A stretch of 52,879 nucleotides of DNA from a virus (taxonomy: Duplodnaviria > Caudoviricetes): the IMG/VR virus record IMGVR_UViG_3300001868_000225, positions 1 to 52,879 of that record; one strand, written 5' to 3'. Shown here piece after piece: positions 35,446 through 45,374 of this stretch. Positions within the stretch are counted from its first letter, which is position 1. The number at the start of each line of letters is the position of its first letter. The translations under genes were made by a program, and so were the position numbers. The notes below the pieces were generated by a model, which saw only the letters and a list, made by a program, of their open reading frames with translations, did not search any database and was not told the DNA's origin.

Positions 35446-37107
35446 CTATTGGTTAAACACCGTTGACATTGGTAATGATGTGACTTGTCTTGGAAAGAAG
35501 TTCAATCCGATAAACAGATCGTCCCAGGCATCAGTTCCATCCGTGCGGAGTTCGAGTGGATCATCTTCGGTCTCTCCAAGTTTCTCACCGGCTTTGTCCT
35601 TTTCGAAACCTGTACGACCCATCCGGATCCCGCACATCTCCATGGATGGAAGGAGTGCAGGATTGTTTGCCCGGTTAAACTTTGGGAACAAATACTTGCG
35701 TCCCTTCAGTGCATCATCTATAACTTGATGCTTTACCTTATGTGTCCAGGTGTTGCCTATGTAGACAGGTTCAACGTTCCATCCACGTCGCGACAGTTCT
35801 TCGACAACTATCTCCTGGAAGTTGGGAGCGTCTTCATCAGCATAAGCGCCATCGAGTGCAGTGGAGTTATAATAGTAGATCACTTCCTTGTTACGGATAT
35901 ACTGATAGTAGTCGCACCAGTTGCGACACAGTTCCCTAAGCTTATGGTTGAACTTTACAAACTTACTCGATAGGGTCTTCATCACCGGCTCGAGTCGTTG
36001 TCCTGTTATGACCCAGTTGATGTTGGCATTGTAGTCGAATGCAATGGCAAGCGGTACCGATGGATCTATATCTCCATCTTTAAGGCAATTGTCCTCTGAT
36101 ATTCGATCAAGGTCAAGCGTTCCTTTTACTGTTCTGAGGTTATCAATATAGGTCGTATTGTCTGCATCGTAATAGTGTATCTCTGGTTGAAGATTCGGAT
36201 AGAACCCATCAGTTAACTTCCTGATTCGTTTATTCATAATCGATGTCTGGAATATGACCGGGGGTAAAATCAACTTCTGTCGTTTAATGTAGTCAACTCC
36301 AACAATTTCAAGGTTTTCAATGGTATCATATTCTTTATACAGAAATGCGTTTTTTCTCAGGAAGAATAGTTCTTCCCTTAAGTGTTGTATTTGCCGTATG
36401 GCATTTACCGGCATTTCGGGCATAGCGCTATACTTATCTCTCAGGTAATTGATGTGGGAAATTGTATTTTCAATGGCCATGATGAGTTCCGGATCCATAT
36501 TTTTTTCCTGATCAAGTATCCACTGACCTTCCTTGCTGGTTGGCATATCTGATACCATGGTCAATCCTTTCCATTTATGGCATTTTTCAAATATAGGATC
36601 GGTACCCGACATGGTTGGAACTACCTCTTCAAATAGTTTTTCCTTATTGATCGACCTGCCTTCATCTATTTTTCCCCAGTCAGTAGTCAACGAGTTTGCC
36701 GAAAACTTTACATCCTGGCTCAGCAAATAAACACAGGTACCATTATAGAAATGAATGGCCTGATCCCAGCTGACCGGTTCAACTGTTGGAAGTGCAAAGT
36801 TCATCCATTTGGGTGCTTTTCGACCAACAAAATAATGAACATCGCGCTGATATCCGTATCGTTTCAGGAAAGTAAGGGTTGCCGGCAGTGTTTTACCAAG
36901 TAACTGTTTGAAGTTGCGCTGGTAAAGAAAACCAGATGATGCGGGCATATTCTGAATATCGTATAATAAATCAGGTCCTTCTACACCATCAGACTTTCCG
37001 AAACGACGGGATCCAACAATACATTTGCTGTTTGGGCTTATTTCGTGCACATACATTTGTGCTTTATTGAAATAGGCCGGTTTACATGCTGATCTACTTA
37101 ATATCAT
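35446..37107 (-). CDS. terL: Terminase large subunit
   Basis: Walker A GSRRFGKS; Walker B GKIDEG; nuclease acidic residues AFDYN and TDGTDAWDD. Confidence 0.88.
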   Translation of the reverse strand: MILSRSACKPAYFNKAQMYVHEISPNSKCIVGSRRFGKSDGVEGPDLLYDIQNMPASSGFLYQRNFKQLLGKTLPATLTFLKRYGYQRDVHYFVGRKAPKWMNFALPTVEPVSWDQAIHFYNGTCVYLLSQDVKFSANSLTTDWGKIDEGRSINKEKLFEEVVPTMSGTDPIFEKCHKWKGLTMVSDMPTSKEGQWILDQEKNMDPELIMAIENTISHINYLRDKYSAMPEMPVNAIRQIQHLREELFFLRKNAFLYKEYDTIENLEIVGVDYIKRQKLILPPVIFQTSIMNKRIRKLTDGFYPNLQPEIHYYDADNTTYIDNLRTVKGTLDLDRISEDNCLKDGDIDPSVPLAIAFDYNANINWVITGQRLEPVMKTLSSKFVKFNHKLRELCRNWCDYYQYIRNKEVIYYYNSTALDGAYADEDAPNFQEIVVEELSRRGWNVEPVYIGNTWTHKVKHQVIDDALKGRKYLFPKFNRANNPALLPSMEMCGIRMGRTGFEKDKAGEKLGETEDDPLELRTDGTDAWDDLFIGLNFFPRQVTSLPMSTVFNQ

Positions 37108-37108
37108 T

Positions 37109-37708
37109 TTATTCTTCTTCCATTACTTCAGAATAACTAACATCTTCAATCTGACCGCCACTATATTTTTTCCGGAGTTTGGCCTGTACTTTTTCCAGGT
37201 CAGGAATTGGTTTACGGCCAATGACAGAAACGTCGGTCGATGGTTCCAGGTTAAGAGGAATAATATCGCCCCATGGAATTTGTTCCGATACGTCTTTATC
37301 GAGTTTGTTCACCTTCACCAATGCCTGACCTGCACGAATCATAGCTTCTGCTTGTTTTACTTCCAGAATTGTTTTGGCATCAACGGCCATTTTATAGCCT
37401 TCACGAATCATGTAGTTTGCCGTATGACGGTGAAACTCGATGCTTACACTTTTTACATTTCCAATCAAAAGTTTTATCCGCGAAAGATCACGATAGGCCG
37501 TTGATTTACTGACATCCAGAATATCAGTGAGGTAATAAATCATTTCTGAATCGTTCTTTTCCGGATGGGCTAACCAATGTGTATAGGCATCGCGATAGCG
37601 AAGGATCATATTTTGCTCGTCAGAATCAAAATGGACCGGAAGATCAGATTGATCATCGAACAGGTATTTACTGCATTTCTCCAGAAAACTATCGGTCTCT
37701 TTTTGCAC
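37109..37708 (-). CDS. Probable terminase small subunit
   Basis: HTH-like LDVSKSTAYRDL; directly upstream of terL. Confidence 0.55.
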   Translation of the reverse strand: MQKETDSFLEKCSKYLFDDQSDLPVHFDSDEQNMILRYRDAYTHWLAHPEKNDSEMIYYLTDILDVSKSTAYRDLSRIKLLIGNVKSVSIEFHRHTANYMIREGYKMAVDAKTILEVKQAEAMIRAGQALVKVNKLDKDVSEQIPWGDIIPLNLEPSTDVSVIGRKPIPDLEKVQAKLRKKYSGGQIEDVSYSEVMEEE

Positions 37709-37985
37709 GGCGTTCGGCTATTTCTTGTTGGTTTATCATTTGCTGGACCATTTCTTCAGCCTGTGGACTGCCATGTTTGGCCATTTTCACGATATTCGCA
37801 TGGATATCTTTTTTGCTCTCCGTTTTCCCCCTGAAATAAGAGATCCAGACAGTGCCTCTTTTCCTACTGATATCATTCAAGAATTCGACTTCGTCCAGAT
37901 CCATCAAAACAGCTATTTCTTCAGGCTCCAGGAATATTCCGGAAAGGGTTTCAATTTCCTTCAACTGGGCTTCATTCAAATTCAT
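37689..37985 (-). CDS. Small HTH-like packaging-region protein
   Basis: LEPEEIAVLMDL...YFRGK...AKHGSPQA. Confidence 0.55.
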   Translation of the reverse strand: MNLNEAQLKEIETLSGIFLEPEEIAVLMDLDEVEFLNDISRKRGTVWISYFRGKTESKKDIHANIVKMAKHGSPQAEEMVQQMINQQEIAERRAKRDR

Positions 37986-38460
37986 CGGGAGTAACTTTTA
38001 AGCTTTCAGTATACCAGTTTTCGTAATGGGTCAATAGACTTTGATAATGCCAGGGAACTGAAATAATCACCCCGGCTTCTTTTTTATCGTTGATGTTCAG
38101 GTTTGCGCTGGTGATCACAACTACCTTCCAGTTTTCATTTTCAATAAATACCATTTTTGCATGAATATTGGTCATCCCGATTTCATTGACCACATTCGAC
38201 GCGAAAAACAGCAACCCAATCCGGTATCTTTTCACACTCAAATCGATCAGGCAAGTCAGCGAGGTAATCAATCCTTCTTCCTGAAGCATCATAAAACTCC
38301 GGATTGCCGTTTCAGTGATCGAAAACGAACTGATTCGTACCCTGGCCGGACCTGTTTGTTCCAATAGATGTTCAATCAGCTCATGAGTCGAAAAATCATT
38401 ATCCGACGCATACGGAAGAACATGATCAGGCTTTAGTTGAATTGTAATCTGATTTTTCAA
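37972..38460 (-). CDS. Phospholipase D-superfamily (HKD-type) nuclease-like protein
   Basis: NIHAKMVFIE......VITSANL..N.KKE = HxK(x4)D/E(x6)GSxN variant. Confidence 0.8.
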   Translation of the reverse strand: MKNQITIQLKPDHVLPYASDNDFSTHELIEHLLEQTGPARVRISSFSITETAIRSFMMLQEEGLITSLTCLIDLSVKRYRIGLLFFASNVVNEIGMTNIHAKMVFIENENWKVVVITSANLNINDKKEAGVIISVPWHYQSLLTHYENWYTESLKVTPDEFE

Positions 38461-39196
38461 TGTCTTCAGTATAATCGATTCCCCACTTTGTCAATTCATC
38501 CATACGCGCCTGCAGTTCTTCAGCCTTTTTTCCCGTTCCGTAAGTTCTGCGGATATAGGTTTTATTGGCCTTTATGCGTTTTTGTTTGTCAATGGCATCC
38601 TTTCCGGCCTGATCCACCAGACGCTGCTCTACGGTTTTATCCTTATTTTCCTTCCACCATTCATCAATATCATCGTAACACTGGCGGATTACCTTTTTAT
38701 TGTCGATAATCTGGCCGCTCAGTTCACCACGTTTTTCCTTTTTCGTATCATCATCAATCAACAGCTTAAGTGAAGCATGAAGTGTTTTGTTCTGATTCGA
38801 CAATTCACCTGCAGTTCTGAATTTCTCCTGGAACAATGCCGGAAGTTCTTCAAACCTTACAACCGGATTGGCATCAACAATTACACGTGATGTTCCTGCC
38901 GGCGCTTTTCCCTGAGGCGCAGTTTTTCCCGGTTCAGAAATCCTGATCTTTGCTGTTCTTGCTCCCTCTCCCTTTGGAGAGGGCTGGGGTGAGGCCTTGG
39001 GCTTGATTTCATATACTCTGGCATGATACAGCAATTTATTGCGGAGCATGTTGATGTGGATCTTCCCGGGCGTTTTGATACTTAAAAAAGTATTCGAAGC
39101 CGGATCAACGCCCAGATTCTTGAAAATCTTTAAGCCGGTTGTATAATCCTTCATCCCAGTAGCCATATAATTGGCCAATTCTTCCTGTGGTGCCAT
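38426..39196 (-). CDS. Phage hypothetical protein
   Basis: Start MAPQEEL (the 39400 start overlaps the DHH gene); contains translated REP ASPQPSPKGEGA. Confidence 0.7.
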   Translation of the reverse strand: MAPQEELANYMATGMKDYTTGLKIFKNLGVDPASNTFLSIKTPGKIHINMLRNKLLYHARVYEIKPKASPQPSPKGEGARTAKIRISEPGKTAPQGKAPAGTSRVIVDANPVVRFEELPALFQEKFRTAGELSNQNKTLHASLKLLIDDDTKKEKRGELSGQIIDNKKVIRQCYDDIDEWWKENKDKTVEQRLVDQAGKDAIDKQKRIKANKTYIRRTYGTGKKAEELQARMDELTKWGIDYTEDIEKSDYNSTKA

Positions 39197-39206
39197 TCTT
39201 ATAATT

Positions 39207-40133
39207 TTATTTAGTCCATTCTTCAATAGTTTTCGAAACAAATCCAGCAGCTCCTTTATGACCGCCACCGCCAAACGATTTAGCCAGGATAGAACAATCC
39301 ACATTACCATCTTCGTTGTAAGCAGAGAATTTCCATTTTTGATCTTCATACCAATAGCACAATACAGCGCCATAACCTTCAGCATGGTAATCGATACCAA
39401 AATTTATTGGGTTAAATCGTTCCTCATTCAAGCATGCAATTTTAATGACGCCTTGACTTTCGGTTAACAGATTAATCTCATAGGCTCTTTTCCAGATTTG
39501 TTTTGCCTTGGTGATTAGATATTCATAAATGGTTTTACCCTTTTCCAGAATAGCAGCTACATTAACCTGATTCTTCAAAAATTGATATTCAGTATTAGTT
39601 AGGTAATGTTCTATGTGTAAAAATGCTTCATCATAATTTGTGATGAATTGCCTGGCTCCATATTGAAATTCGAGAACCTTTTTTTCTTCCGGCGTTCCTT
39701 TATGACCAAAGCAGTCGTAACGGCCAAGGAGCCGAACTATTTCCGGTATTTTTACAGTTGGGAAGAAATATTTCCATGTCAGTTCACATGCTGAGAAACT
39801 TACATCTCTCAATCCTTCCAGGCATTTGATTTGCGATATTTCCCACAATAAATTGATTTCCGTAATTGCCGAAATATGGTGATCGATCCAAATTAAATTT
39901 GAGCGGGTAGTCCAAATTTTCAACATTTCTCCTTTTGGAAAACTAATATCACACATCATAACTTCATCATACCCGGTGCAATCAGGAATTGATTGTCCAT
40001 AATTCCATCCTATGAAATCAATTTGAATATTTTCCAATTTTGCCCAAAGTTTTACAATGGCTGCCGACATCCATCCATCCAGATCAGCAGAATGATAGAT
40101 GCATACTACTTTTTTGTTTTCAATATTTCCCAT
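39207..40133 (-). CDS. DHH/DHHA1 phosphoesterase
   Basis: YHSADLDG, MCDISF, WIDHH, GGGGHKGAAGF. Confidence 0.9.
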   Translation of the reverse strand: MGNIENKKVVCIYHSADLDGWMSAAIVKLWAKLENIQIDFIGWNYGQSIPDCTGYDEVMMCDISFPKGEMLKIWTTRSNLIWIDHHISAITEINLLWEISQIKCLEGLRDVSFSACELTWKYFFPTVKIPEIVRLLGRYDCFGHKGTPEEKKVLEFQYGARQFITNYDEAFLHIEHYLTNTEYQFLKNQVNVAAILEKGKTIYEYLITKAKQIWKRAYEINLLTESQGVIKIACLNEERFNPINFGIDYHAEGYGAVLCYWYEDQKWKFSAYNEDGNVDCSILAKSFGGGGHKGAAGFVSKTIEEWTK

Positions 40134-40171
40134 GCTTTTGATGTGTGAGTTGGTAATTCAATTAAACTTTT

Positions 40172-40206
40172 TAAACCTCTCCATTTTGTGCGCACAAAAA
40201 AAGGAC
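40172..40206 (-). promoter_or_regulatory. Late-promoter motif copy 6 (DHH-terminase operon), degenerate
   Basis: GTCCTTT-N20-GAGGTTTA, just after terminator 40210-40240. Confidence 0.5.
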
Positions 40207-40259
40207 TATAAAAAAAGCCCCCGAATCCTCGGGAGCTTTTGATTATTCGTTCGAATGTT

Positions 40260-41120
40260 TTACTTTTCAAATCCCGATTTATCCGGGAACATATCCTTAA
40301 TCACCTTTTGCAAGTCATCGCTCATTCCGGCCTCCGAATTATTCAAATACTTTTTCACCTTAATCTGGGCTTTCATGTTCTGCATATTGGGGTTTTGCCG
40401 GTTTATACAAAATCCCTGGTTATTCTTAAGGTCGAGTGTGTCCCAGTAAGGAAGAAAGTCCTTAAACCAGTAGTTGTAATAAATTTGTTCCAACACGATC
40501 GGATCATTCAGCATGTCATATTTTTCAATCAACTGCTTCACCTTATTTTTCTCAAACCGGTATGGAATATGTACGCCATAATTCCAGGTTGTTAAACCTT
40601 CCTCCTGTAATAATTTCAGGGTCCGGATGTTATCACGACCCCAAACAGTTTGGGGCGAAAGCACCGAAACATTGCTTTTCAGGTTATTGACAGCTACCGG
40701 CAGGCACAAATCGGCATACATCACCTTATTCACCAGGTAAATGTCATCATTCATCCAAAAATATTCTTCGTTCACATCCGGATGATTAATCACAGCCAGG
40801 TGTTTGTGCAAAATATCGATGCGTGGAGTTTCTTTGGTATATTCAACCGGGATGAAATTTACTTCATCGGCATTCATCCAAGCGGGTAGTTCGCCAACAA
40901 TCCATAAGCGGAATTTCACATCCACCAGGTTCTTTTCGAGCGAACGGATCGAATGTTTCATTTCTTCCCATTGTACAAACTGTTCGACATTGGGATAGAT
41001 AATATCAATAATTTGCCCAAATGCTTGCTTTCTAATTTCATTTTCAAACCTCTCGTTCATGAGCATTACCTCTGTCTCAAGTTCTTTTACTTGTTTTTCA
41101 AGTTCAGTTTTTGTTGCCAT
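40260..41120 (-). CDS. Stealth-family-like phosphotransferase
   Basis: IDIIYP (CR1-like); EMKHSIRSLEKN..LWIVGE.PAW and EEYFWMNDDIY (CR2-like). Confidence 0.65.
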   Translation of the reverse strand: MATKTELEKQVKELETEVMLMNERFENEIRKQAFGQIIDIIYPNVEQFVQWEEMKHSIRSLEKNLVDVKFRLWIVGELPAWMNADEVNFIPVEYTKETPRIDILHKHLAVINHPDVNEEYFWMNDDIYLVNKVMYADLCLPVAVNNLKSNVSVLSPQTVWGRDNIRTLKLLQEEGLTTWNYGVHIPYRFEKNKVKQLIEKYDMLNDPIVLEQIYYNYWFKDFLPYWDTLDLKNNQGFCINRQNPNMQNMKAQIKVKKYLNNSEAGMSDDLQKVIKDMFPDKSGFEK

Positions 41121-41134
41121 TTTTTATAGGATAT

Positions 41135-41165
41135 AAAAAAAGCCCCCGAGCATTCGGGGGCTTTC
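41135..41165 (-). terminator. Intrinsic terminator after tail tube gene
   Basis: A7 + GCCCCCGA-gcat-TCGGGGGC. Confidence 0.8.
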
Positions 41166-41183
41166 TAATATTTCAAAAAGAGG

Positions 41184-41729
41184 TTAAATACCTAAATCCA
41201 TAGCCGAATCACATGGAATGGTTCCTTCGTAAACCGGGCAAGGGCCAAAACCATTGTCAGTAATTTCGAAGGTTACACCCTTACGGTCGGTAACGGCTGC
41301 GCCGGTAGAGTCAGCTGGTGCAACTTCAGCCGGAAAATCAGGTGATCCCTGGAGCCTTAGTTTACCATCCTGTTCACGGTACAGAAAAAACATATTCCTG
41401 TTCAGGAATGCTTTTGCTGCGCCCAGTGCCTGTTTCTTATTCCCTGGAATAAACCAGCTGGCAGTTCTCTTGGTCGAGCGTGCATCACGTTCGCCTTGTG
41501 AAGCTCCGTCCAGTTTCCCTGTTTCGGCAGTGCCGTACATGGCAAACATGGTTTTTCCGGCCTTCATCACCAAATCTTCCGTGATGGTAATGTTGGCAGC
41601 CAAATCAGTTGGAGTTGCACCAACCGTAGGAAATACGGAAACATCGGCTAAAAAGCCGTAATACCCAATTGGGCGGAGTCCGCCCATATTGTTGGTACCT
41701 TCTTCAAATTCTAATGCTTCAAAGTTCAT
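41184..41729 (-). CDS. Probable major tail tube protein
   Basis: 181 aa, NMGG start, beta-rich, STG...DRKGVTFEI; follows capsid. Confidence 0.55.
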   Translation of the reverse strand: MNFEALEFEEGTNNMGGLRPIGYYGFLADVSVFPTVGATPTDLAANITITEDLVMKAGKTMFAMYGTAETGKLDGASQGERDARSTKRTASWFIPGNKKQALGAAKAFLNRNMFFLYREQDGKLRLQGSPDFPAEVAPADSTGAAVTDRKGVTFEITDNGFGPCPVYEGTIPCDSAMDLGI

Positions 41730-41750
41730 AGTCGTTCCTCCTGTTTTTGA

Positions 41751-42812
41751 TTATACTCCTACGCCTGAACCTGATCCGGAAACGTAATCTCCACTCAGTT
41801 CGTTAGCAGTTACCGAACCATCGCTGATCATGAATCCGCGTTTGTTCAGATTTTTGATACGCATACCAATTTCGAACTGGTTCCAGAACTGTACTTCGTT
41901 CGGATCTTCGAAAGGATTACGAACCTGAACAAAACCGGCATCGCCGAAAGTGTTCATACCCAAATCGAGGTTACCTGGTTCGGTAAGCATCAGGCGATCG
42001 CCAATACCCAAACAGTAATGTGATACGATCTGAAGGTTTGGAATTCCGGCATCTTCCTGAAGCTGGGTGAGCAGGCTGGCAAAAGTCACATCCTTGTAAG
42101 ATGTCTTTTTGTTTTCCAGTGAATCTTTCACGTTGATCAGTGAACTGTAAGGAATATACAGAACAGCAGGTTTCTGTCTCCATTTCTGATCCACATTACG
42201 CAACCAGTCACGAAGGCTGTTGAAAGCAGTCAGGTCGGTTCCGTTTGCAGGAGCGGTCAAAGCATCACAATCAACCAGGTTACCTTTAGCGTCAGAAATC
42301 TCACCGGCTACGATCAAGGCATCAGCCAAAGTCCAGTAACCGTTGGCCATACCCTGTGGGGTTTGGTCGGCTACGTTACGCACAGCGTGAAACAGACAGT
42401 CGATAATATCTTCACCAACAGTTGTGATCATGTCGGCAATAATATCGCGTTCGAGCGGATGTTGTTTGCTTTGGTTGTTGATCTTGTTTTTTGCAGCATC
42501 GAACAATACTTGTTTCGATTTGTAATTCGTAATGTTGTCCTTGATAGGAGCAACAGCGGTGTAAGTCTCCAGGGTGCGTTCAATCAAACGTGAAATTTCG
42601 TTTTTGTAGTTCATAGCTCCGGCCACATATGGACGGGCAGCACCACCGGCACGTTCTTTCACAATAACAATGTCTTTATTGTTCACCTCAAGCATCGAGA
42701 TTTTAAGCTCTTGCAATACAGGAATCAACAAAGCATAAGGAAGCAGCATGAAATCCTTTTGATAGGTTTCGGCTGCGCGTTGCAATCCAATTACATTAAC
42801 AGCAGTTGTCAT
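41751..42812 (-). CDS. Major capsid protein
   Basis: 353 aa after protease/scaffold; HK97-like layout (MANGYWT, VLYIP, NLDLG, FEIGMRI). Confidence 0.7.
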   Translation of the reverse strand: MTTAVNVIGLQRAAETYQKDFMLLPYALLIPVLQELKISMLEVNNKDIVIVKERAGGAARPYVAGAMNYKNEISRLIERTLETYTAVAPIKDNITNYKSKQVLFDAAKNKINNQSKQHPLERDIIADMITTVGEDIIDCLFHAVRNVADQTPQGMANGYWTLADALIVAGEISDAKGNLVDCDALTAPANGTDLTAFNSLRDWLRNVDQKWRQKPAVLYIPYSSLINVKDSLENKKTSYKDVTFASLLTQLQEDAGIPNLQIVSHYCLGIGDRLMLTEPGNLDLGMNTFGDAGFVQVRNPFEDPNEVQFWNQFEIGMRIKNLNKRGFMISDGSVTANELSGDYVSGSGSGVGV

Positions 42813-42820
42813 CGTATAAA

Positions 42821-44233
42821 TTATTTAAGGGTTTTACCAAGGTATTCCTGCGATACAGCTTCCAGCTGTGAGCCAAGATCTTCATGTTTCGAACTGATCG
42901 GTCCGGGCTTAGCAGCTCCTTCAACGTCTTGTTCAGATGGAGCAATTGCAGCCTGTTCAGCTGGACCTGCTTTGAGGGTAGAAATCTCGCCCTGTAAAGT
43001 GGCGATAGTCTGATCTTTTTCAGAAAGGATCTGATCTTTTTCAGAAAGGATCTGATCTTTTTCAGAAATGGATGCTTCAGCAGTTTGCAGGCTGGATTCA
43101 GCAGCAATCCTTGCAGCATTTTCCAGTTCAAGTTGGTGTTCCAATTCGTCTGAACTGGTTCCACCAATAGCGGATTCGAGCGCTGTCATTTCGGCTTCGT
43201 CGAAAGTACGGCGACCATCGGCTTCGAATTCAAGTGAATCCTGAGCCAGGGCGGATTGAATTTTTGGAAATTTCATGGATGTATAACTAGATGAATTATT
43301 ATTTTCCGTCTGACCTCCTGAATTGGAAGCAGGGATTTCTTTTTTTGTGTAGTTGGAGAGTTCGATCACCCGGTTAACGGCATCTTCAAATGAGCCGATA
43401 CTATCTACCAGCGAGCCAATGACCTCTCCAGCCTGGAATGTGCGACCGTGCAGGTGTTTGTCTTCCACTCCCGGAAGCTGAGCCTTCATGTCGGCTACAA
43501 ATTGTAAATTGTGAGGATTAAGAATCCGATCTTTGGCGGGTTTGAAATTGAATTCGTTGATAGCCTGTTCATACTCTTCGTTTTTTTCGAAAGCATCGTC
43601 AGCATAGATGGTAACTTCACGTTCTTTCATTATGTCTTCATCGCTTTTCGCAGTACGACCTGAGAATTTCATCATAGTACCAATGCAACCAACCGAATCG
43701 GTTACCCTTGAAGCCATACGTTCATCTGCATAGGCTGCAATATATTGATGACCACTACAGGCGCAACCATCAATCCATGCTTCAATTGGTTTAGTGCATT
43801 GCTGCATAATGTCGGTTAATTCAGGTACTGCATTGGCAGCGCCACCGGGTCCATCAATAATCATTACATGGCCAATTACTGATTCATCTTCTTCAGCTTC
43901 TTTTAATCGATGCCCTAATGTTCTGGCTCCAACCGGTCCACACATCATGTCATTTTTCATTAATACACCACGCACCGGAAGAACATGAATAACTTTTTCG
44001 TTTTTTGGTTCTTGCTGATCCATTAACTCCGGTTGATCGTCGGCATAATAACCGTCAACCAGCAAATGAGTATCAGCCGAAATGGCAAAGGGAAGATTTT
44101 CTTTGGGTTCAGTTTCTTCAGTAATCATTGCCCCATTAAGCATTCCAACGACAACAGGCATATATTGCTGAATACCCTGCACTGAAATGTGCCAGGGACT
44201 ACCGTAAATTTCTTTTGCGACTGAGTATTGCAT
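42821..44233 (-). CDS. S49/ClpP-like prohead protease fused to scaffold
   Basis: IDGPGG, CACSGH, VGCIGT S49 motifs; C-terminal coiled coil. Confidence 0.85.
   Translation of the reverse strand: MQYSVAKEIYGSPWHISVQGIQQYMPVVVGMLNGAMITEETEPKENLPFAISADTHLLVDGYYADDQPELMDQQEPKNEKVIHVLPVRGVLMKNDMMCGPVGARTLGHRLKEAEEDESVIGHVMIIDGPGGAANAVPELTDIMQQCTKPIEAWIDGCACSGHQYIAAYADERMASRVTDSVGCIGTMMKFSGRTAKSDEDIMKEREVTIYADDAFEKNEEYEQAINEFNFKPAKDRILNPHNLQFVADMKAQLPGVEDKHLHGRTFQAGEVIGSLVDSIGSFEDAVNRVIELSNYTKKEIPASNSGGQTENNNSSSYTSMKFPKIQSALAQDSLEFEADGRRTFDEAEMTALESAIGGTSSDELEHQLELENAARIAAESSLQTAEASISEKDQILSEKDQILSEKDQTIATLQGEISTLKAGPAEQAAIAPSEQDVEGAAKPGPISSKHEDLGSQLEAVSQEYLGKTLK
43010..43068. repeat. 21-bp tandem repeat x3 (heptad xSEKDQI)
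   Basis: TCTGATCTTTTTCAGAAAGGA repeated. Confidence 0.9.
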
Positions 44234-44254
44234 AGTTGTAGCTTTTAAGCACTA

Positions 44255-44289
44255 CAACTTTACAATAGATTAAAGGGTAAATAAAGGAC
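44255..44289 (-). promoter_or_regulatory. Late-promoter motif copy 7 (capsid operon)
   Basis: GTCCTTT-N20-TAAAGTTG, 21 nt before ATG 44233. Confidence 0.7.
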
Positions 44290-44295
44290 TTGAAG

Positions 44296-44760
44296 TTATG
44301 GAAGGTCTGTAATTACAGGCGATTCGTCGGGCGATGATCCGGTTAAATTCACCATTATGGCATTAATTGAAGTTATTTGCCCCGGAATTTGTTTTTTTCT
44401 TAAAATTCGGAGCGGAAAAACCAAAAAACTGGTTCCATTCATATCGGTCACCAAAGCAGCATTCTTCCGGTTTTCGAAGTTTTGAAGCCCTGCTATGATT
44501 TCTGACCTGATTTTTGGAATCTGGATGTTAATTTCCTTTTTCCATTGACTTCCGGCACCGGTCCGTTCTTCGTTTTCAACAAACGATCCGGTCTCCGGAG
44601 TAAAGTATATTTCCTGAAATTCACAGCCTGATTTAATAGTTAGTCCATCGAAACTGATTTCACCGGCAACCGGCTGCGGAATCAATAGTAAATTATCCAG
44701 GGCGATCAGGCTGATCGATTTGATATTTCCCAGGTTTTGATCTTCAAATGGTGTGTTCAT
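44296..44760 (-). CDS. Phage hypothetical protein
   Basis: 154 aa, beta-rich, NLGNIK start; possibly a tail-tube-like fold. Confidence 0.65.
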   Translation of the reverse strand: MNTPFEDQNLGNIKSISLIALDNLLLIPQPVAGEISFDGLTIKSGCEFQEIYFTPETGSFVENEERTGAGSQWKKEINIQIPKIRSEIIAGLQNFENRKNAALVTDMNGTSFLVFPLRILRKKQIPGQITSINAIMVNLTGSSPDESPVITDLP

Positions 44761-44828
44761 GGTGGGTGTTTTTTCTAATATATATCACTGTTTTTGATCT
44801 GCATTTTATAAAAATATTTTTGGAGATG

Positions 44829-45359
44829 TTAAGTTATTGATAATCTTTGTCTTAGTATTTGCTTCGACCGTTCGCGTATCTCCGACTTGGTTTTTCGGTA
44901 GTCACGTTTCTTGATTTGATCGAAGTTTGCTGTATTCATCCGTTGGTTCAGTATATCCAAAACCGATTCAATAATATCGAGCTGACAAAGATTCATCGCA
45001 TATCCATCCTGAAAAAATACATCGATCCATTTATTGAAAAATACTTCAATACGGTCAACAATTTGCTCCTGGTCCTCCCTGCTAATATACACATACATGG
45101 TCTCCAGCGAGTACCAGTTATTTGGCGTTCGCGGAACAATGATAAAAACAGGGTTTTCTATTGATGATTGATAGAGAAAAGGCGAATGTGACTTCGATAA
45201 AAATCCATTGATTGACCGGCCAAAATCAGTTTTACGGCTGACCGTAATTTCTTTCTGATCTGTTGGCGTTTCGGTGGCAAAGCGCAAAAAAGCTTCAAGG
45301 ATTGGCGGCAGGTCAATAATTACCTGCGGCTTGGTGGTGAGGTCTACATTTTTAAGCAT
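44829..45359 (-). CDS. Hypothetical protein, candidate late-gene regulator
   Basis: At the early/late boundary; basic C-terminal helix FDQIKKRDYRK. Confidence 0.6.
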   Translation of the reverse strand: MLKNVDLTTKPQVIIDLPPILEAFLRFATETPTDQKEITVSRKTDFGRSINGFLSKSHSPFLYQSSIENPVFIIVPRTPNNWYSLETMYVYISREDQEQIVDRIEVFFNKWIDVFFQDGYAMNLCQLDIIESVLDILNQRMNTANFDQIKKRDYRKTKSEIRERSKQILRQRLSIT

Positions 45360-45374
45360 GGCTATATTTTGGGT

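Noticed and set aside
39197-39400. Extended start of ORF 38426-39400
   Set aside because: Overlaps the conserved DHHA1 C-terminus by ~190 nt; ATG 39196 fits operon spacing
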